Shown: piece after piece, positions 11,669 through 26,163 of the stretch
Layout of the letters: the number at the start of each line of letters is the position of its first letter
Numbering within the stretch: the first letter of the stretch is position 1
From: Xylographa opegraphella
Taxonomy: Eukaryota
NCBI GenBank assembly: GCA_022813865.1
Contig: JALDZX010000004.1
Location: 496,001-560,000, forward strand
Length of the DNA: 64,000 bases
Reading direction: 5' to 3'
Position numbers and translations under genes: made by a program
The notes under the pieces: model-generated
What the model was told of the DNA's origin: nothing
Seen by the model: the letters and a program-made list of their open reading frames with translations, nothing else
Database searches by the model: none

Positions 11669-14600
11669 ATGCCGGGTCTCAGTCTCTCCTTCATCCTCGG
11701 GCTGGTCGTGCTTTTTTATCTATTTTCCTTCGTATTCTTCGCCATCGTACGAATTGCAACAGGCATCTCTATCCAACGAATTGGCTACCTTTCCTTGCGC
11801 CATATTGCCTATACACCTTGCGACGGCATTCGGATAGGCCTTCGAGGCCTTGGCCTTCATCTCCACCGCCCCACGTTTGCACGCCCGACATGGGTCAGTC
11901 TAAGGCTCTCCGAGCTCAAAGTTACTGTTGACGTGCAGACTGTGTCAGGTGGCGGAAGCAACACTGATCAGCTTAAGCACGCCGATCATGATGGACCCAG
12001 CTGCCTGTTGGAGTCTGAGCTGCACACAGCGCGGCCACCACTTTTGCGCAGAGCCAGTTCGGGCCCAGCCAGGAGCCAGACATGGAAGAGGCTTACAGTC
12101 TTGAAAGAGAGAATCAAAAGACTTCACGAGAAGATACATTGGATTCGAATGGTTGATGTTGAGGTCCTGAATGCGACTTGTATCATCAAGGATATTGCTT
12201 CGGTCCAATTGGGATCCCTCTCGATGACTGTTGACACTAGGCGCAAGACGGTGGACAGAGGGAGGCTCTTTCGTCATAAAAAGGTGCCTGCGGGAGAGCA
12301 GCGGCCTGCCGAATGGATGTTCATCATCAAAGGAATGCTATTCACGCCAGAAGGCAAGGAGTCAATAGAGATCATCGATATTTGCAGTCTCAACGTACAT
12401 GGACTATTATACAAGGACCTTGCCGGCTTGAGAGACGCTTCCATTTCCTTGAAACTTGGTCGGATACACATACCGTATGATGATCTTGTTTCATGTAGAA
12501 GTCGGATAGAGCGTTGCCAGTTTGCTTATGGGACTCCTGGCTCCCAGTCTAGCAATGGACAGGATATTTCGCTAACTGATATGATGGAAGAGCTTGACAT
12601 GCCTGGCAGTCGAGAAGAACAAATTGTCCAGACGGTCTCGGACTCCAAGGACTTTGTCTCCTCAATTCTCCGAGGCATTCAAGAAATTCAACTTGCCGTC
12701 AGTTTTATTGGCATGTCCAAGGAAATCCATACGGATCATGACTTTGGTCGTACACTTTACTTGAATCTTGCAATGAATGAGTTCGGTATTGATCTCTACC
12801 GTCTGGACCCGAAAAGCCCAGCACACCGCATGTACTTTTCCCCCAAGGATATAGCTCACCAAGTCCTGCTTGCTGCGATCTCGATTGCAGTAAGTGTTGA
12901 CGATGGAGGGGGAAAGCCAGAGAGACTTGTCTATATTCCTATGGCCACCACCACAATTAAGACTACTTTACCTTCTAAGACCGTTACATTTTCCGAGGAT
13001 ACGGATGCTGCGACAAGAAATGCTAACATGCTTTTTGCGAACCTAGTCATAACATCGCCATCCATAGATCTCGACCTTAAACATATGCCCATTGTTCTAG
13101 CTCTTTTCAAACATTATTCTGCTCAGACAAAGTCTCAAGGCTACACTGGTCAGCGTCATCATCTTATCTCACGACTTCTCCCCAAAGCCAGCGTGAAGTT
13201 CTCAGTCCAGGAACCCGTAGCACGAGTCGTTCTTCCACCAATGGATGACTCTATGCAAGGTGCTGACGATTATGATTTACTTATCTCATCAATCTCTTCC
13301 ATCTCTTTGGACATGGAGTCTTCTCATTCTTCGGCTGGAGAGTTGCATTATGCCCTAATTTCCGATCTACGTATCACCACTCATCAGTTCTATTACCAAA
13401 CTGCTTCGGGTGTTCGCCATAATATCCTGCTTGCAGATGCTCTGGAACTCAAGGTTCAGATCTCAGCCACACCGCAGGTGTACGTAGCCATGTCGGGCAA
13501 TCTGCAGACATTTTCCATTCACATGGTGAGGCCCGAGATCAGCACAGGAGTGCACAGGATCGTCCAGCAGCTTGGAAGCACCTATAAGTTCGAGGAAGCC
13601 GACGTGCCCTCGAATCAGTCCACTGAACGCAGTCTTCTCCGGCGTATTCCCAATTGGTTGATACATGTTAACTGCCAAGGCTCCAATTTCAGTCTTGAAC
13701 TCAGTGGCGTTGATCCAGGAGTTTCCAAAGATACTCGTGGAATTGCTCTTCAGCTGCAGTCATGGACTGCTGAATACCAAAGTCAGGAACACGTTACAAA
13801 CGATTATGGGCCAGCCGTCAAGCGTGGTATCAGCGGGTCCACAAGTGGTGACGAAAACTTTCTTAAAGCAACAGCTCCTGTAACATCGCGTCGGAAAGCT
13901 AGTCATACGGCTGACGGTAGACGGCTGACCATTCATGCTCAAGGCTTTCAAGGCTTCGTTGCTGAGGGAGTGGATGCATGGGAGCCTGAAAGTTTTATAT
14001 CAATACCGAAGTTCGAGATCGCGTGCTCCACCGCGAGTGACAGTAGAGGATGTGTTTTTCACATCAACTCGCACATAAAGGCACTCTTCATCAATTATTC
14101 ACTTTATCGGTACTATGCTCTTGGCGTCGCGAACATGGTCATGAGACAAGCATTCCTTCGAACAGATCCGTCTACGCAGACTTCCAAACTATCTCCTCAC
14201 GCAAAACAGCAGCCAGCAAAGCCTCTGCCAGAGGTGGCAGTGGCTGTGGAGCATGTTACTATTGACATTAAGGCTGCATTTGTCCAAGTCAAGGCCAGCA
14301 TGCCCGCTGACCCGCCCATGATGCTTCAAGTATATGACCTCGAGGCTGGTCGGCATAGATGGGCGGCTCCATTTTGCAGATCTCAATCTCTCAGATTATT
14401 TTGTGAAGCGCCCAGGATTAAACATGTGTGGGCAAGGCTGGTGAGCATCAAACAATGCCGCATTGACCTTCGGGAGAGTCGTCGTCAGTTTGGCAAAACC
14501 TACATTATGGAGAAATCGATCGATTTTTCAACAGAATTTGTTAGGCTTGCTGTGCCTCATCAACTTGTCCTACACAAAGTATTCGATAACTTTGTAAATG

Positions 14601-17600
14601 TCGCAAAAGCTACGGAACAACTCCATCATCGATTTAAGACTGGAACAGATGATTATGTACTCAACAAGATGCCAGAAGCACCAAAACTAGTTCCAAAGAT
14701 CTCGTTTCGCTCCAAGGCCTTGCTTTTCGAGCTAGAGGACGGTTCTTTCGACTGGAAACTAGGACTTATTTATAGAGTTGGCTTGATTGAACAAAAGCAA
14801 CGTCTGGCGCGCGAGGAAGCTTATCGGATCAAGCTCAAAAGACTTGAAGAACAGTCTCAACGCCGTGAAACGTCACGCTATAGGACGCAATCTTCAATGC
14901 CCAAAGCCAGGGGTAGAAGCAAACGCTCGGATTTAAGCATAACCAGGGAGCGTAGTCAAAGCAAAGATCAGCCGGTTCGCCGCCGTTCATCATCGGGTGT
15001 TGGCCTTAGAGGACGTACTATGCGATATGACCCGGAAGGCGTCAATGGACTGACCGGAGTTGCGAATATATCTGCGCAAGAAGCCTGGCGTAAACTACAG
15101 GAGCACAATGCCCAAAGTTGGCGAAAGCGGATAAGATTAGCAATCAGATATCAGAGCGGTGGAATGCATGAGGTTCGCAGTATCTTTAAGGGAAACGATG
15201 AGTTTCCAGAAAACGTCGAGAGCTCTGAGACAATACTCTCTATGCCGGCCCGGCCAGGTCTAATGGCGACTTTGATCAGCGACCTCCATGTGATTATCGA
15301 CAAACCGTCGTTTCCAATTGAGGAATACTCAAGATTCCTGCACAAAGTCGGAAAGGGTATACCATATAACATGGATTACTCACTCCTTATACCTATGAGC
15401 CTTCAAATCAACATGGGTGAGGCAAGGATGACTCTTCGCGATTATCCTCTGCCGCTCCTACATGTACCAGCTATCAAGTCGGGACAATCACCTCGGTTGC
15501 CAAGCTGGTCATTGAAGACAGACTTTGTCATTGCCGAAGAGTACCGAGACTCCGGCTCTATTAAGCATGTCAAAGTCGAAGTCGTTCCTCCCAACAAAAT
15601 CACGTCTCCAGCCGAGGTCAGGAAAGGGTTTTGTATCGATGTTCGCCGCACCATTTCGCCAGTGAAAACGTACTCAGATGTGGAGATCGCAATCAACACT
15701 AGTAACCCTACCAGCATTACATGGGGTACTTCCTACCAGCCTGCTATCCAAGATATGATGCAAATTATTGAAGGTTTCACCAAGCCTCAGATTGACCCCT
15801 CCGACAGGACTGGATTTTGGGACAAGATCCGACTGAGCGTGCATTCTCGAGTACAAGTTGCTTGGAAAGGCGATGGTGATGTCCTACTTAAGCTCAAAGG
15901 TAAGTGCCGATATTGGCGCTTGGTTGGTATCAGCTTCCTGACAATGTTTGGCAGGATCTCGTGACCCTTATATTGTTACCGGCCATGGCGCAGGATTTGT
16001 AATGTGCTTCCGTGAAAATGTCTGCTGGGAGATTCATCAGGACGACGATCCCAAAAAGTTCATGACTGTGAGCAGCGGAGAGTATGTTTTGGCAATTCCT
16101 GACTATAGCTTCGAAGCTCGAAGTGCTCTACGCGACATTGACTCTGAACATGCGAGGGGCTCAAGCAAGGCGAGCACGTTCAGTACCTCAAGTTACAAAT
16201 CGAACGCTATGTTCAAGAAAGTTGTCATGAAGTTGTCAGGTAACGTTCGCTGGTTGGCTGGTCTGGTGTTTGAAAGAGATTTGGATGGTGGTGGGCGCTC
16301 CTTTGACTTCGTCCCACATTATGCGGTCACTTTGAAAACACCTGGTCATGCGAAACCACCACCTGGACAGGTGTACGACGCTTTTCGTGGATTTCGCAGC
16401 CAGTACATACACCTTTCTATCGCTGTCATTGCACCCGTCGATCGCGACTGGTCGGTGACCAACCTCAAACCCTCTTCGAGCTATAACAGCATTCACATGA
16501 CTCCTCGATTCTTCACCCACTTTTTTGATTGGTGGTCTCTGTTCTCTGGAATAATGTCATTACCTATCCGGCAAGGCAAATTATTTCCTGGTATCGAAAA
16601 ATCCACTAAGAAGTTTGGCCGCCATCTTGCGACCATTAAATATAGCCTCCTTCTTTCCCCTCTATTTATTTCTCACATTTACAAGCACAAAGATGCGGAA
16701 GATTATAGTGCTGAAACCGTCGGTGCTACGGGCCTTAAGCTCAGGATTGATAGCTTCATGCTAGACTTACACCAACGTCGTGAGGATTTTTCGAGTCAGG
16801 GTAGTGGGCGACTTAAACAGACGAAGACATCTGCGATGCGCATCAACCAGGCGCAGCTTGACTTCATCTCTGCAGATATTCGCGCTGTATCTGCTAGCAT
16901 TGCTGGAACATCGCCTGATGAACTCAGGCGCGCGACAGATGCAGACCTTGCTGCGTTACAGGACCAGACATCCGCATCACCTGATGTATCCCGCTTCACC
17001 ATCCCTGATAATGATTATTTATGGATTGACATGGATGACTTTGTGGAGCTCGACTGGATATTACCTGCAGAAACACACCCAGAGACAAAGATAATGCCGT
17101 TGGCGTTTGCGCCACGCTTTTCTTACTTTAGGCAAACCGACCACAACGGAACAGTGTCTGGAGACCCTGCGAGGTCCAGTGCATTCGGCGATGAGCCTAC
17201 GCATTACTGCATAATGTCACAAGATAATGATCCTCAGAGGGTCCAATGTGATCTTGTCCGCGATCGGATCAACGTTATCGATGAGCAACTGAAGGTACAT
17301 CAACGAACCCTTGGCGAACAGGAACTTCGAGTTGTCCGAGATGGAGCCAGAGACCCGACCCTCAAAGAGCATTACGAACTCCTTAGGCATCAGGGTAAGC
17401 TCCTCGAAGAAAAGAGACTGTTCTTGGAATCTATGTTTGAGCGACTATCCCGCTCGGCGTTGAGTAGCAGTCTGCGGAATACTCCTGGTGGTCCTCATCC
17501 GGATCATACACCCGAATGGAAGGACGAATACAATCACAAAAGTGGCATCGGAGATAGTAAGCAAGAGACTGCACAATTGGCAGATTTCATCAGCGACTTC

Positions 17601-20600
17601 AATAATCGTTTCATCGTTCATAATGTTCAATTGAAGTGGAACAACTCTCTACGAAACATCATTCTGCGGTATGTGCATCAGGTTAGCCAACGACGAGGAT
17701 TTGTTTATTATATGTCAAGACGCGCAGTTAAGTTTATTCTGGACATTGTGGACGAGCAGACACGTAACAAGGAGAAATTATACCAGCAGTCACAGCAGCA
17801 AACACCTACTAGTAAACCCTCGCCTTCTATGTCGTTCAGATTCAAAGACGAGGACCCCGAGTTCGATATAGATGATCGGATAGAGGAACTCCTCAATGAT
17901 GGCAAGAACTTTGTAAACGCAAATGACCCGGAGCCGCCCGACAACTCACCCAGGCATGCATCGACCAGTATTGGAAATAACATCTCCGAAGAGTTCACGC
18001 CGCAGAACAGTTATCACGTTCGGCTCATCGCGCCGCAGATTCAGCTTCAGAGCGAGAAGAATGCCAAGGCCGTGTTATCGGTCACAGCAAAAGGGATGCA
18101 ACTGAAAGTTATTCAGATCATGGATAAAACCCGCTTAGCTGATGATGTCAGTGGGCTCGTACAGCGTCGATTCTCTGTTGACATGGATGGCGTCCAATTC
18201 TTTGTGACGACTCAGAAGGCCCTGACGAAGTTCATTCATCTGTACTCGGCGAATAGATATGGAGCGCCGAAGGGTTCTGCTTGGCCACCATGGGTCCCTA
18301 TCGAGGTAAATTTCGACTTCAATATCAATCCATTTGGTTGGTCGAGGGTAGTCCAGAAGACATCGGCAAGTCTCAGATATGATAAATATAATACTTTGCG
18401 GCTGAAGTACAACGATGAGGTCACTAAAGGCGAAGCCGGTCAAAGTCACAAGCTCGAGGACCCAGAAAGTCGCATAGATCACCTCTGGGTCGAGTTTCCA
18501 CATATTCGAGCTATTTGTGATTCCACACAATATTACGCTATGTATCTGATTGTACTTGATCTGTTATTGTATAGTGAACCTCTGGAGAAGATCCGCAGTG
18601 AGCGACTCGAGAAGATCATGCTTGCGGCAGATTTCAGTGACTTAACGGGTGCGCCGGAAATGGTAATTAGTCTTCAAGAGAGAATTCAACAGCTGGAGGA
18701 AATCAAGGGCCACTTTCAGCTTCACGCAAAAGATCTTGACAGACAAGGATGGCAAGATCGCCTGACGATAGAACGGGATCTGACCAGCTGCGAGGATGAG
18801 CTTTTCTTCATGATGAAGGCAATCACAACTTCCCAGCGTAAGTTTGATGATCGTTCACAAGCTTCGCAGAGTAATGGACTATTACGGTGGTACTTGTCAG
18901 CATCCGAGATTGTTTGGCATCTGATGCGAGAGAAAAATGATCCTCTCATGGAGATCCAATTGAAGCATGCCGCGTATGACCGTACTGACAACAGTGATGG
19001 ATCAAACTACAACACAATGGAGATCGAGAGAATACACGGCTTAAACTTGTTGCCGGATGCTTTGTATCCTGAAATGCTTGCTCCTTATTTCGAAAATGGT
19101 CAATCGTCTTTAGACGGTCCAAGCCAAAACATCAAGATGTTCAAAGTCCAGTGGTACATGCTGGAAGCCATTGCTGGTATTCCCGTCTTGGACCAGTTTG
19201 AAGTCAATTTGTTTCCTCTGAAGGTGCAATTAGAGCGAGAAATTGGCAAGAAGCTGTTCGAATACATATTTCCAAGCAATGCTGAGCATGGGGGGCCATC
19301 GCCGTTTATAGTAAAGCAGCTACCACCAGTGCAGGATGAAGATGAAGAGTCTGATCCTGAGATAAGTAACCCTACAACACCAACGTCACTGACACCTGAT
19401 CCCGTTGACACCCAACCATCCACAAGAGCTGGATCTCTCGAGCTCCGTCTTCGGCCCACCATGAATCTGCCAGAACCGAATGGTAGGCTGAACACTAGCA
19501 GCAAGAAGCCTAGCACGCCTGATCTCACCAATGGAGGTGCCGAATCTCATCGGTTCAAACTATTCCATAGCTCCAATAGGTCTAAGTCCGCAAATCGCTC
19601 TCAGGCATCATTGAGACCGCAGTCGACCCGCACTATATCCCGAAGACGCTCTGGAGAAAGCCTGCGTTCGCTAACGAGATCAGCCACAAGTGTTTCGTCA
19701 ACGAACTTGTCGAGTATGACCGGCACTACTGATCGAAACAGAAGATTCGCTCTGCATCGGACCAGCAGTAAAGACAACACTACCGAAAAGGACAAGAACT
19801 CTGATGACCTTACGCAAATGATGTCGAGAGCTTCAAACTACATGACTCTTGCTTATGTAAAGATCCCCAGCGTTGTTCTCTGCCTGAGTTACAAGGGTCG
19901 TGGAGAACGTAATATTGAGGATGTCCATGACTTCGTGTTCCGCATGCCAGCACTGGAGTATAGGAATAAGACCTGGTCAAATCTGGATCTCGCACTGAGA
20001 CTGAAGAAGGACATCATCAAAGCTCTAATCTCACACACTGGAGCCATCATCGGCAATAAATTCTCTCATCATCGGCCAGGCAAGCACCAGCAAAGTCGAC
20101 TGCGAGAGATTGCCAATTCATCCTCTCTTCTGCCAAACACTGATAGTCTCGCAAACCCAACAACAAATTCATCGTTCAGCCAACCGCAGTCCAGGGATCG
20201 TTCATCCACCGCTCACTCGAGCTTCATCGCTGGGTGGAATAGTACTCCGCCCACTCGCTCTCCATCTGATCTCTCCAGTCAAGGTAGCTTGATCTCACCC
20301 AGCAACAAGGGGCTCGGGCTATCGCTTAGCACGCTGCCTGATTCCAAGTTTAGCGACCATCCGGATCAAACCGCCTCGCAGTCCTCGACTCTAGCTGACG
20401 GCGACCCGGGTAGTACCGAACCAAATCACAGTCGCTTTCTCAACAACGCCTTCGCTAGGCGCATCACAAACGAAGGGCAAAAGATCTGGCACCGAGATAG
20501 CAACGGGCTGCCGAAAGCATCCACAAGCGGTGATTCACACAGCCTCATGCCTGAAGGCGACGAAAAGTAAGCTTGACCCTAATTCCCTGTAAAGTACGCT

Positions 20601-20688
20601 GTGATCGGTGTAGCTGACCGCAATGTCCAGGTCTCGAAAAACAAGCGTGATTCAACTTGGCAAGAAGATACTCGGTTCCCTGAACTAA
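11669..20688 (+). CDS. FMP27: Bridge-like lipid transfer protein FMP27/BLTP2 (Hobbit), about 2966 aa; introns 15900-15954 and 20567-20630
   Basis: N-terminal TM anchor, GFWDK motif (TGFWDKIRL), WPPW motif (SAWPPWVP), C-terminal YRNKTWSNLDLA. Two canonical introns join ORFs 11669 and 15948 and add a last exon ending QLGKKILGSLN*. Spliced length 8901 nt is divisible by 3. Confidence 0.92.
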
Positions 20689-21826
20689 CATATGCATATA
20701 CGGGTCTTTCACCAAATCTTTTCGTACGACTGTATGTTTGACTAGCATCTTGATGTCGGAGGTCTCGGCGTTCTGGGCGGATCGTGTGTCATTGCATAGG
20801 ACCGGCGTCAATAAAACCCCCATATGCACCTGCAGCTGCATCCCAGGTGGGAGGCTTTCTGCGCGGCTCGTAAAGCCGCTTCGGTGGGCGGCGGAGGCAT
20901 GTTGCATGTTTGGAGTCCTTCCATACTCTAATACTAAAATATAATACATATGTCGTAGGGGCATTGTTGATCGGGGTTTTCTTGTATTTATTTTGATCGA
21001 CGAGGTCGGGTCCTTGTCATTGTTATTACTATTATTATGTATTAATATGGACTCCGCCTATCGCTGTTCGTGCATATGCTTAATGGTCAAAACATGGATG
21101 TGGGTGATGTGTAGTAAGATGGGAGTCATGCTCGGATCGAGGGTTGTATCTTTTAAGATATATATCTGGCTTGCCTTCCATCCTAGCGGAAGTATGATGT
21201 GCTTCGGAAGCGATCATTGCTGCTATATGAAATATTACCGCAGTAGTAGAGCAAGATCAGCGATGGTAAATAAGAACATGAGGAATGCTCAGAACGATAA
21301 CGGCCATATCATACGGGCGGAGCAAACTAGCGAAAGGTGATTGTCAAGCACGTCACAGGTATATATGTGAATCAATGATGATGGAATAAATCTTTGTACA
21401 GTGGAGAAACTGTTTGCAGTCTATTAGTACATACAACACCGCGATCTGACCTCCTCAGCCTTCCATAGTATGCGAGCCCTATCTACGGAATATTGCTCGA
21501 CGACGTCGGACTCATATCTATAACGGAAGAGCCAGTCCAACTATCGATGCTCTCGCTCTACCTTACCGATGGCACAACTTTTTGCTGGTCGGTGGGCCAG
21601 AGGAAGAGGAGCGTGAAATGAAAGCTAATGCCGCAATATATTCAAGAACTTCCTCCCGACTAGGCGCTGAAAGATGTTGCTTGAATGTAGGTCTGCGAGA
21701 CGCCAGAGAAATAGTGATATACCAGCGGAGCCTGCCCGAAAGAACGGAATGATGGTCACTCGATTTTGAACGTTGCCATACTTCTTGAAATTGATCAAAG
21801 ATTTGTATGTTTGTGAGAGAGAACGA

Positions 21827-23904
21827 TCAGGAGGCAATAGCTCGTACGCCTTGGTTGCCATTTTTCCGATTGCTTCGTGGTTTTGAGACGGTACTCCATC
21901 CATCTTCCTCCAAGGCTTCAGCACTTGGACTTGCAGAGCCTTCGTTTGGTGTTGCGTCGACTCCGTTAACTTTTTTACTTGATATATCTCTAACGACCTC
22001 TTGCGGTTTGACCGCTTTATCGTCAACAATGTTACCGTTAGCATCTTCATTATCTAAGTCATCTGCTGGAGTTGAATCGTCATTCGTTCCTCGTCGTAAA
22101 ATTTGATAGTTCTTGCCTTGTATATCAGCGCCATTCTCTTTCTCTTTCTCTTTTACCATGCCATTTGATTTGTCATTGGGTGAAGTCGCGCTTTCTGCCT
22201 TCTCTGATTCTTTGGCCAGTCTACGTTCTTCCTTAGCCTTATCATCCGCTAGCCTTTTGGCCTCACGTGCTTTGTCGTCCTGTTCTTTCTTCTCACGAGC
22301 TTCTTTCTCTCTCCGCTCAACAATTTCTCGCTCCCTAGCGGTGGTATCGATTGGTTTAGCTGCTCCAAAAGGACTGACGCGAGGGTCAGAAGCTCCGGTT
22401 GATAGAGCTGGGGAAGGCTCAGCTTGTGATACAGTGCGTTTTTGTAGGTTCAATTTCGGACGCGAAGTCAGTGGGGCAGGCGTTGCGGCAGGAGCCGGAG
22501 ATGATGGTGCGCTTGGCTCTTTGACGGATGGTGTTGGCGAATCAGTAGGGGGCACGACTGGTGCATCTGGGCGCATTTTCGATCTCCATTGGTTGTCAAC
22601 TTCTGCCGCTGTCGGTGCTCTATCGACAACCGGCCTTTCGACAAATTCCTTTCGTGGGGGTCTTGAGCCTTCCTGCGATCTACCCTCTCCCCAAGCGGGC
22701 GAATTTCTGCGCTCCCTTGGTCCGTCATGACTTTCGGGGCGTTCCACGTTCCTAGTTGCAGGCGTACCCGCCGGTATTGTTGGAGTAAGGGGACCTTTTC
22801 GCTCCCAATTGCCAAAATCTCGAACCTTACCATCGCCTTGCTCGTAAGCAGGACGTCGGGCAGGACGATCACCACCAGCATCTGAGGCATTGTCTAAATT
22901 TCGTCCACCGCCAAAGCCCCCTCGTTCACCGCCTCGATCATTACCAAAGGTAGGTCTGTCAGAAGGACGTCGTTGGCCGGGTATTTCGGCAAGGGGCCCT
23001 TTGCGGGCCCAGTCTCCAAAGTCTCGTGCATCAGGACGATCCTTCTCTATCAATGTGATCTGCTTAGTAGATTCTTTGGAACCGAAGAAAAATTGATTGG
23101 GCAACACTTACGAGGTTCTGCAACACTGACCCGAATATTCCGACCTTGGAATTGAGTCCCGTTAAACTCCAGAGCTTTCTTCAGACCTTCCAGAGAAGCG
23201 AATTCAGCGTATCCAAATCCCTTGGGCTTGCGGTCGAGTTTATCTTCCACAATGCGAACACTGGTCACAGAACAAGCAGTGAAGAAATCAGTTATGTCGC
23301 CCTCGGTGGCATCGAAGGACATATTGCCGAGATGGACGGTATATGGAGGCTTGCTGGGCAGAGGCAATTGTTCGCGTATGGAATAGCCTCCTCGATCTAA
23401 GCCGATATCATATAAGTCAAGTGTATCTTGCATGTAAATATTTCATCAATACTGCTTACCAGAAAATCCTCCACTACCATAGCCTCCTCCTGATCTATCA
23501 CCTCCTCCGTACCCGGAACGGCCACCTGAGTAAAGTCACACATTATTTCCAATTTGTGAAATATCACTAGTGATCGAGTGGAGGGAGTTATACCAGCTGA
23601 AACGTGTCAGTAAATGCACAAATAGTCCGGGAAACAGGAACTTACATGGCATTGGTGCATCTTCCATCTCATCGGCCCACGAGCCCAGAGCTATGACACA
23701 ATTAGGAAAAATGTTGAATTTGACTGTCCAATGTCACGTACAAGCGTCGGTCAAAAATTCTCCTAGAGCCATCTTCTGGCCCTTGGCTTTTGGAGGAGCT
23801 GCATAATAAATATCAGCAGAGACACTTAAGACGGCTGAAGACACAAGTCTTCCAGCTCATGACCGCGCGATGCAAAAAATGTAACGTTGAGTAACCATAC
23901 CCAT
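21827..23904 (-). CDS. TIF3: Translation initiation factor eIF4B, multi-exon, including a probable 3-nt microexon
   Basis: Spliced N-terminus MAPPKAKGQKMALGEFLTDASLGSWADEMED; RRM (PPYTVHLGNMSF, KGFGYAEF); repeated DFGxWxRKGPL; RPKLNLQKRT and SPFGAAKPIDT. Confidence 0.92.
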
Positions 23905-24410
23905 GATTGCGGTATTAAGAAAGCGCGCTGTCCGTTACTGCGCGCGAGCTCGTAAGTGTAGCTATTGATTTTGATCTATATCACTAGAGATCCTTTTAAG
24001 TATTGATCAGGCAGGACGCGTGCTGCATGTAATTGCAATAGTTTTTCGTTAACAGAAAGTCTGGTGAAGTGAGAGGCTTGTGGAGATTTAATTTCTGACG
24101 CTAATGACCCAATCGGGATTAGGGTACCGAAGAGCCGCAGTTCGCACATCCAATGCCATCCCACAGCTTGTTCTTGTACACTTTAGACAGTGCATTCTGT
24201 CGCGAAGAGCACAAATAATGTTGGGCCGGTCTTGAGGAGTGCCAGTGAAAGTGAGAAATCAAAAATATACTGCAGAGTCCAACATTTCTTGAAAAGTATC
24301 TTGGAGTGACCTGAAGCCGAGACCTGTATAGGCTGCAAAAATTTCAATTCTTCTGGAGAAGTTCTCTTGGTGCATAGTGCCCGTAACTCATATCTATACG
24401 GCCTTGGATC

Positions 24411-25477
24411 ATGACGTCCGAAGGATCTATAATTCATGAAAAGGACACCTCAGGTGCCCTTGTCAAGTCAGCATTGGTTGTGGGAGCATTCAGTGGTAAG
24501 TTTGCAAAAGTCTGCCTGTGATTTGTGGACCTCTAATTCTTCCGATTTTGTTCATTTTCCTTGGTTAATCAAGAGTAACGACTTGGGTAGTCTCAGGTGA
24601 CATATCGTCGAGGGTTATCTGTTTTTTTGATATAAGATGGAATGTCGTATAGTCTCTAGTACAGATAGTGTCTGCGTCAGTTGCCATAAAATATTGATGC
24701 AGAGTTTTTAGTTATGTGGGTTGCGACTTACAAAGTGTTGGATAGGTAGTACTGGTCTGCTCCTTGGTTCTGCCATTGGAATAATCCGTTCATCGCATCC
24801 TGTGATATTTGCTCTAGCCACCGCTGGGCAGTGGTTTGCACTCGGCACGACTTTCTGGGGTATGACGATCCCTCTTTTATCACGATGCCCTGCTACGTCG
24901 CTCTCCGTGCCTTGTCATACAAGACTTCAGTCTCTATTTGCTCTGTTGTGGACATGACTGACGAGAACTTCATAGGGTCTCGGTCCGTAATTCTTAACTC
25001 TTGGGAAGCTGACCGCTTGTCACCCCGTCAAAATGTATACGCTAGCATTCTCGCTGGCGGCCTTAGTGGAGGAAGCGTGGCGGCGTTGATTCGTACGTCA
25101 ACTACCATACTTCCCGCTCTTGTCTGATCACATGGCTTATGAATCCACAAGGGGGCCGCTCCAACATCATTCCTGGTATGATAGTTTTCAGTCTCTTTGG
25201 CGGTCTCGGCCAAATGTCATACAACACTATAAGCAGCTCACGCAGAGCCGCTTTGTCAAACGCCGACCATCTCCCTCCACCATCATTTCTTCAGCGTCTG
25301 GCGTCCAAGAAATGGATTCCGATGAAGTCTCTCAGTGACGAAGAATACGAAGGCATGTTGCAAGAAAAGCTAGTCAAAGTTGAAGCGGAAATAGCACTAC
25401 TAGACGAGGGCATTACAGCGCTGAAAGCCACGGAGGAGATTAACAAATTGGGAACCCCACGGAAAGAAACTAGCTGA
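24411..25477 (+). CDS. Small glycine-rich membrane protein, Tim17/Tim22/Tim23-like conserved fungal hypothetical, 4 exons
   Basis: Exons read MTSEG..VVGAFSG / STGLLLGSAIGIIR..QWFALGTTFW / ..ASILAGGLSGGSVAALIR / GRSNIIPGMIVFSLFGGLGQ..; GxxxG-type TM helices and a C-terminal coiled coil; canonical splice sites. Confidence 0.7.
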
Positions 25478-26163
25478 GGCTCATCAATAATATTCAATTC
25501 ACGATTTCCGCCGGGGACTTGCTGCGACACAATTATACAAGAAGACACAGCAAGCTCAATTATGCTCGACATGGAAAGGCACCACACACAGTAATTCCTC
25601 AAATTGCCGTCCCGATTGCTGTCCGCATTGCTAGCGACAGACAAACAGAACATAGATATGTTTTGGTGATCCCAGCCACATCCCGATATCTGCAGCCCTC
25701 CGCAATCCTGCTGATAATCAATCCTCGGAGAGCAGTGATATTTATGACGTCAAGTGCAGCAATGTCTGGGTCAAGGTCAGATTGGAAACAGCTGGAAACA
25801 GTGACCGAGGATGAGTCCTGCATTACGAATATTGAGAGTGCGAACAATCCGGAGGGTCATCTGCCTATCTTTGAGAAGAGACATTGTTGAAAGGCAGCGC
25901 AATGTACATAAGCAATACTTATCAATCAAAGCGATCTGTGTCAAATCGATCTGTGTCAAACCTGAGAACGGAAGGTGAATATTCTTCTGTTCGTTCCGAA
26001 ATACTATTCTATGCCATATGCTCCTCAACAAGGCGCTCAAAAAATGCCACCAACACCTTGCTTTTTAGTCCCAACGAATTCGAATCGCAATACAGATTTG
26101 GTATTCGCTGCAGCATCCGCAGCACATCGAGTCAGTCCTTACCGAAACTTGGCTAGTGTTCCA

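Noticed and set aside
15900..15964. Programmed frameshift between the overlapping 1431-aa and 1540-aa ORFs
   Set aside because: A canonical GTAAGT..CAG intron (15900-15954) joins them.
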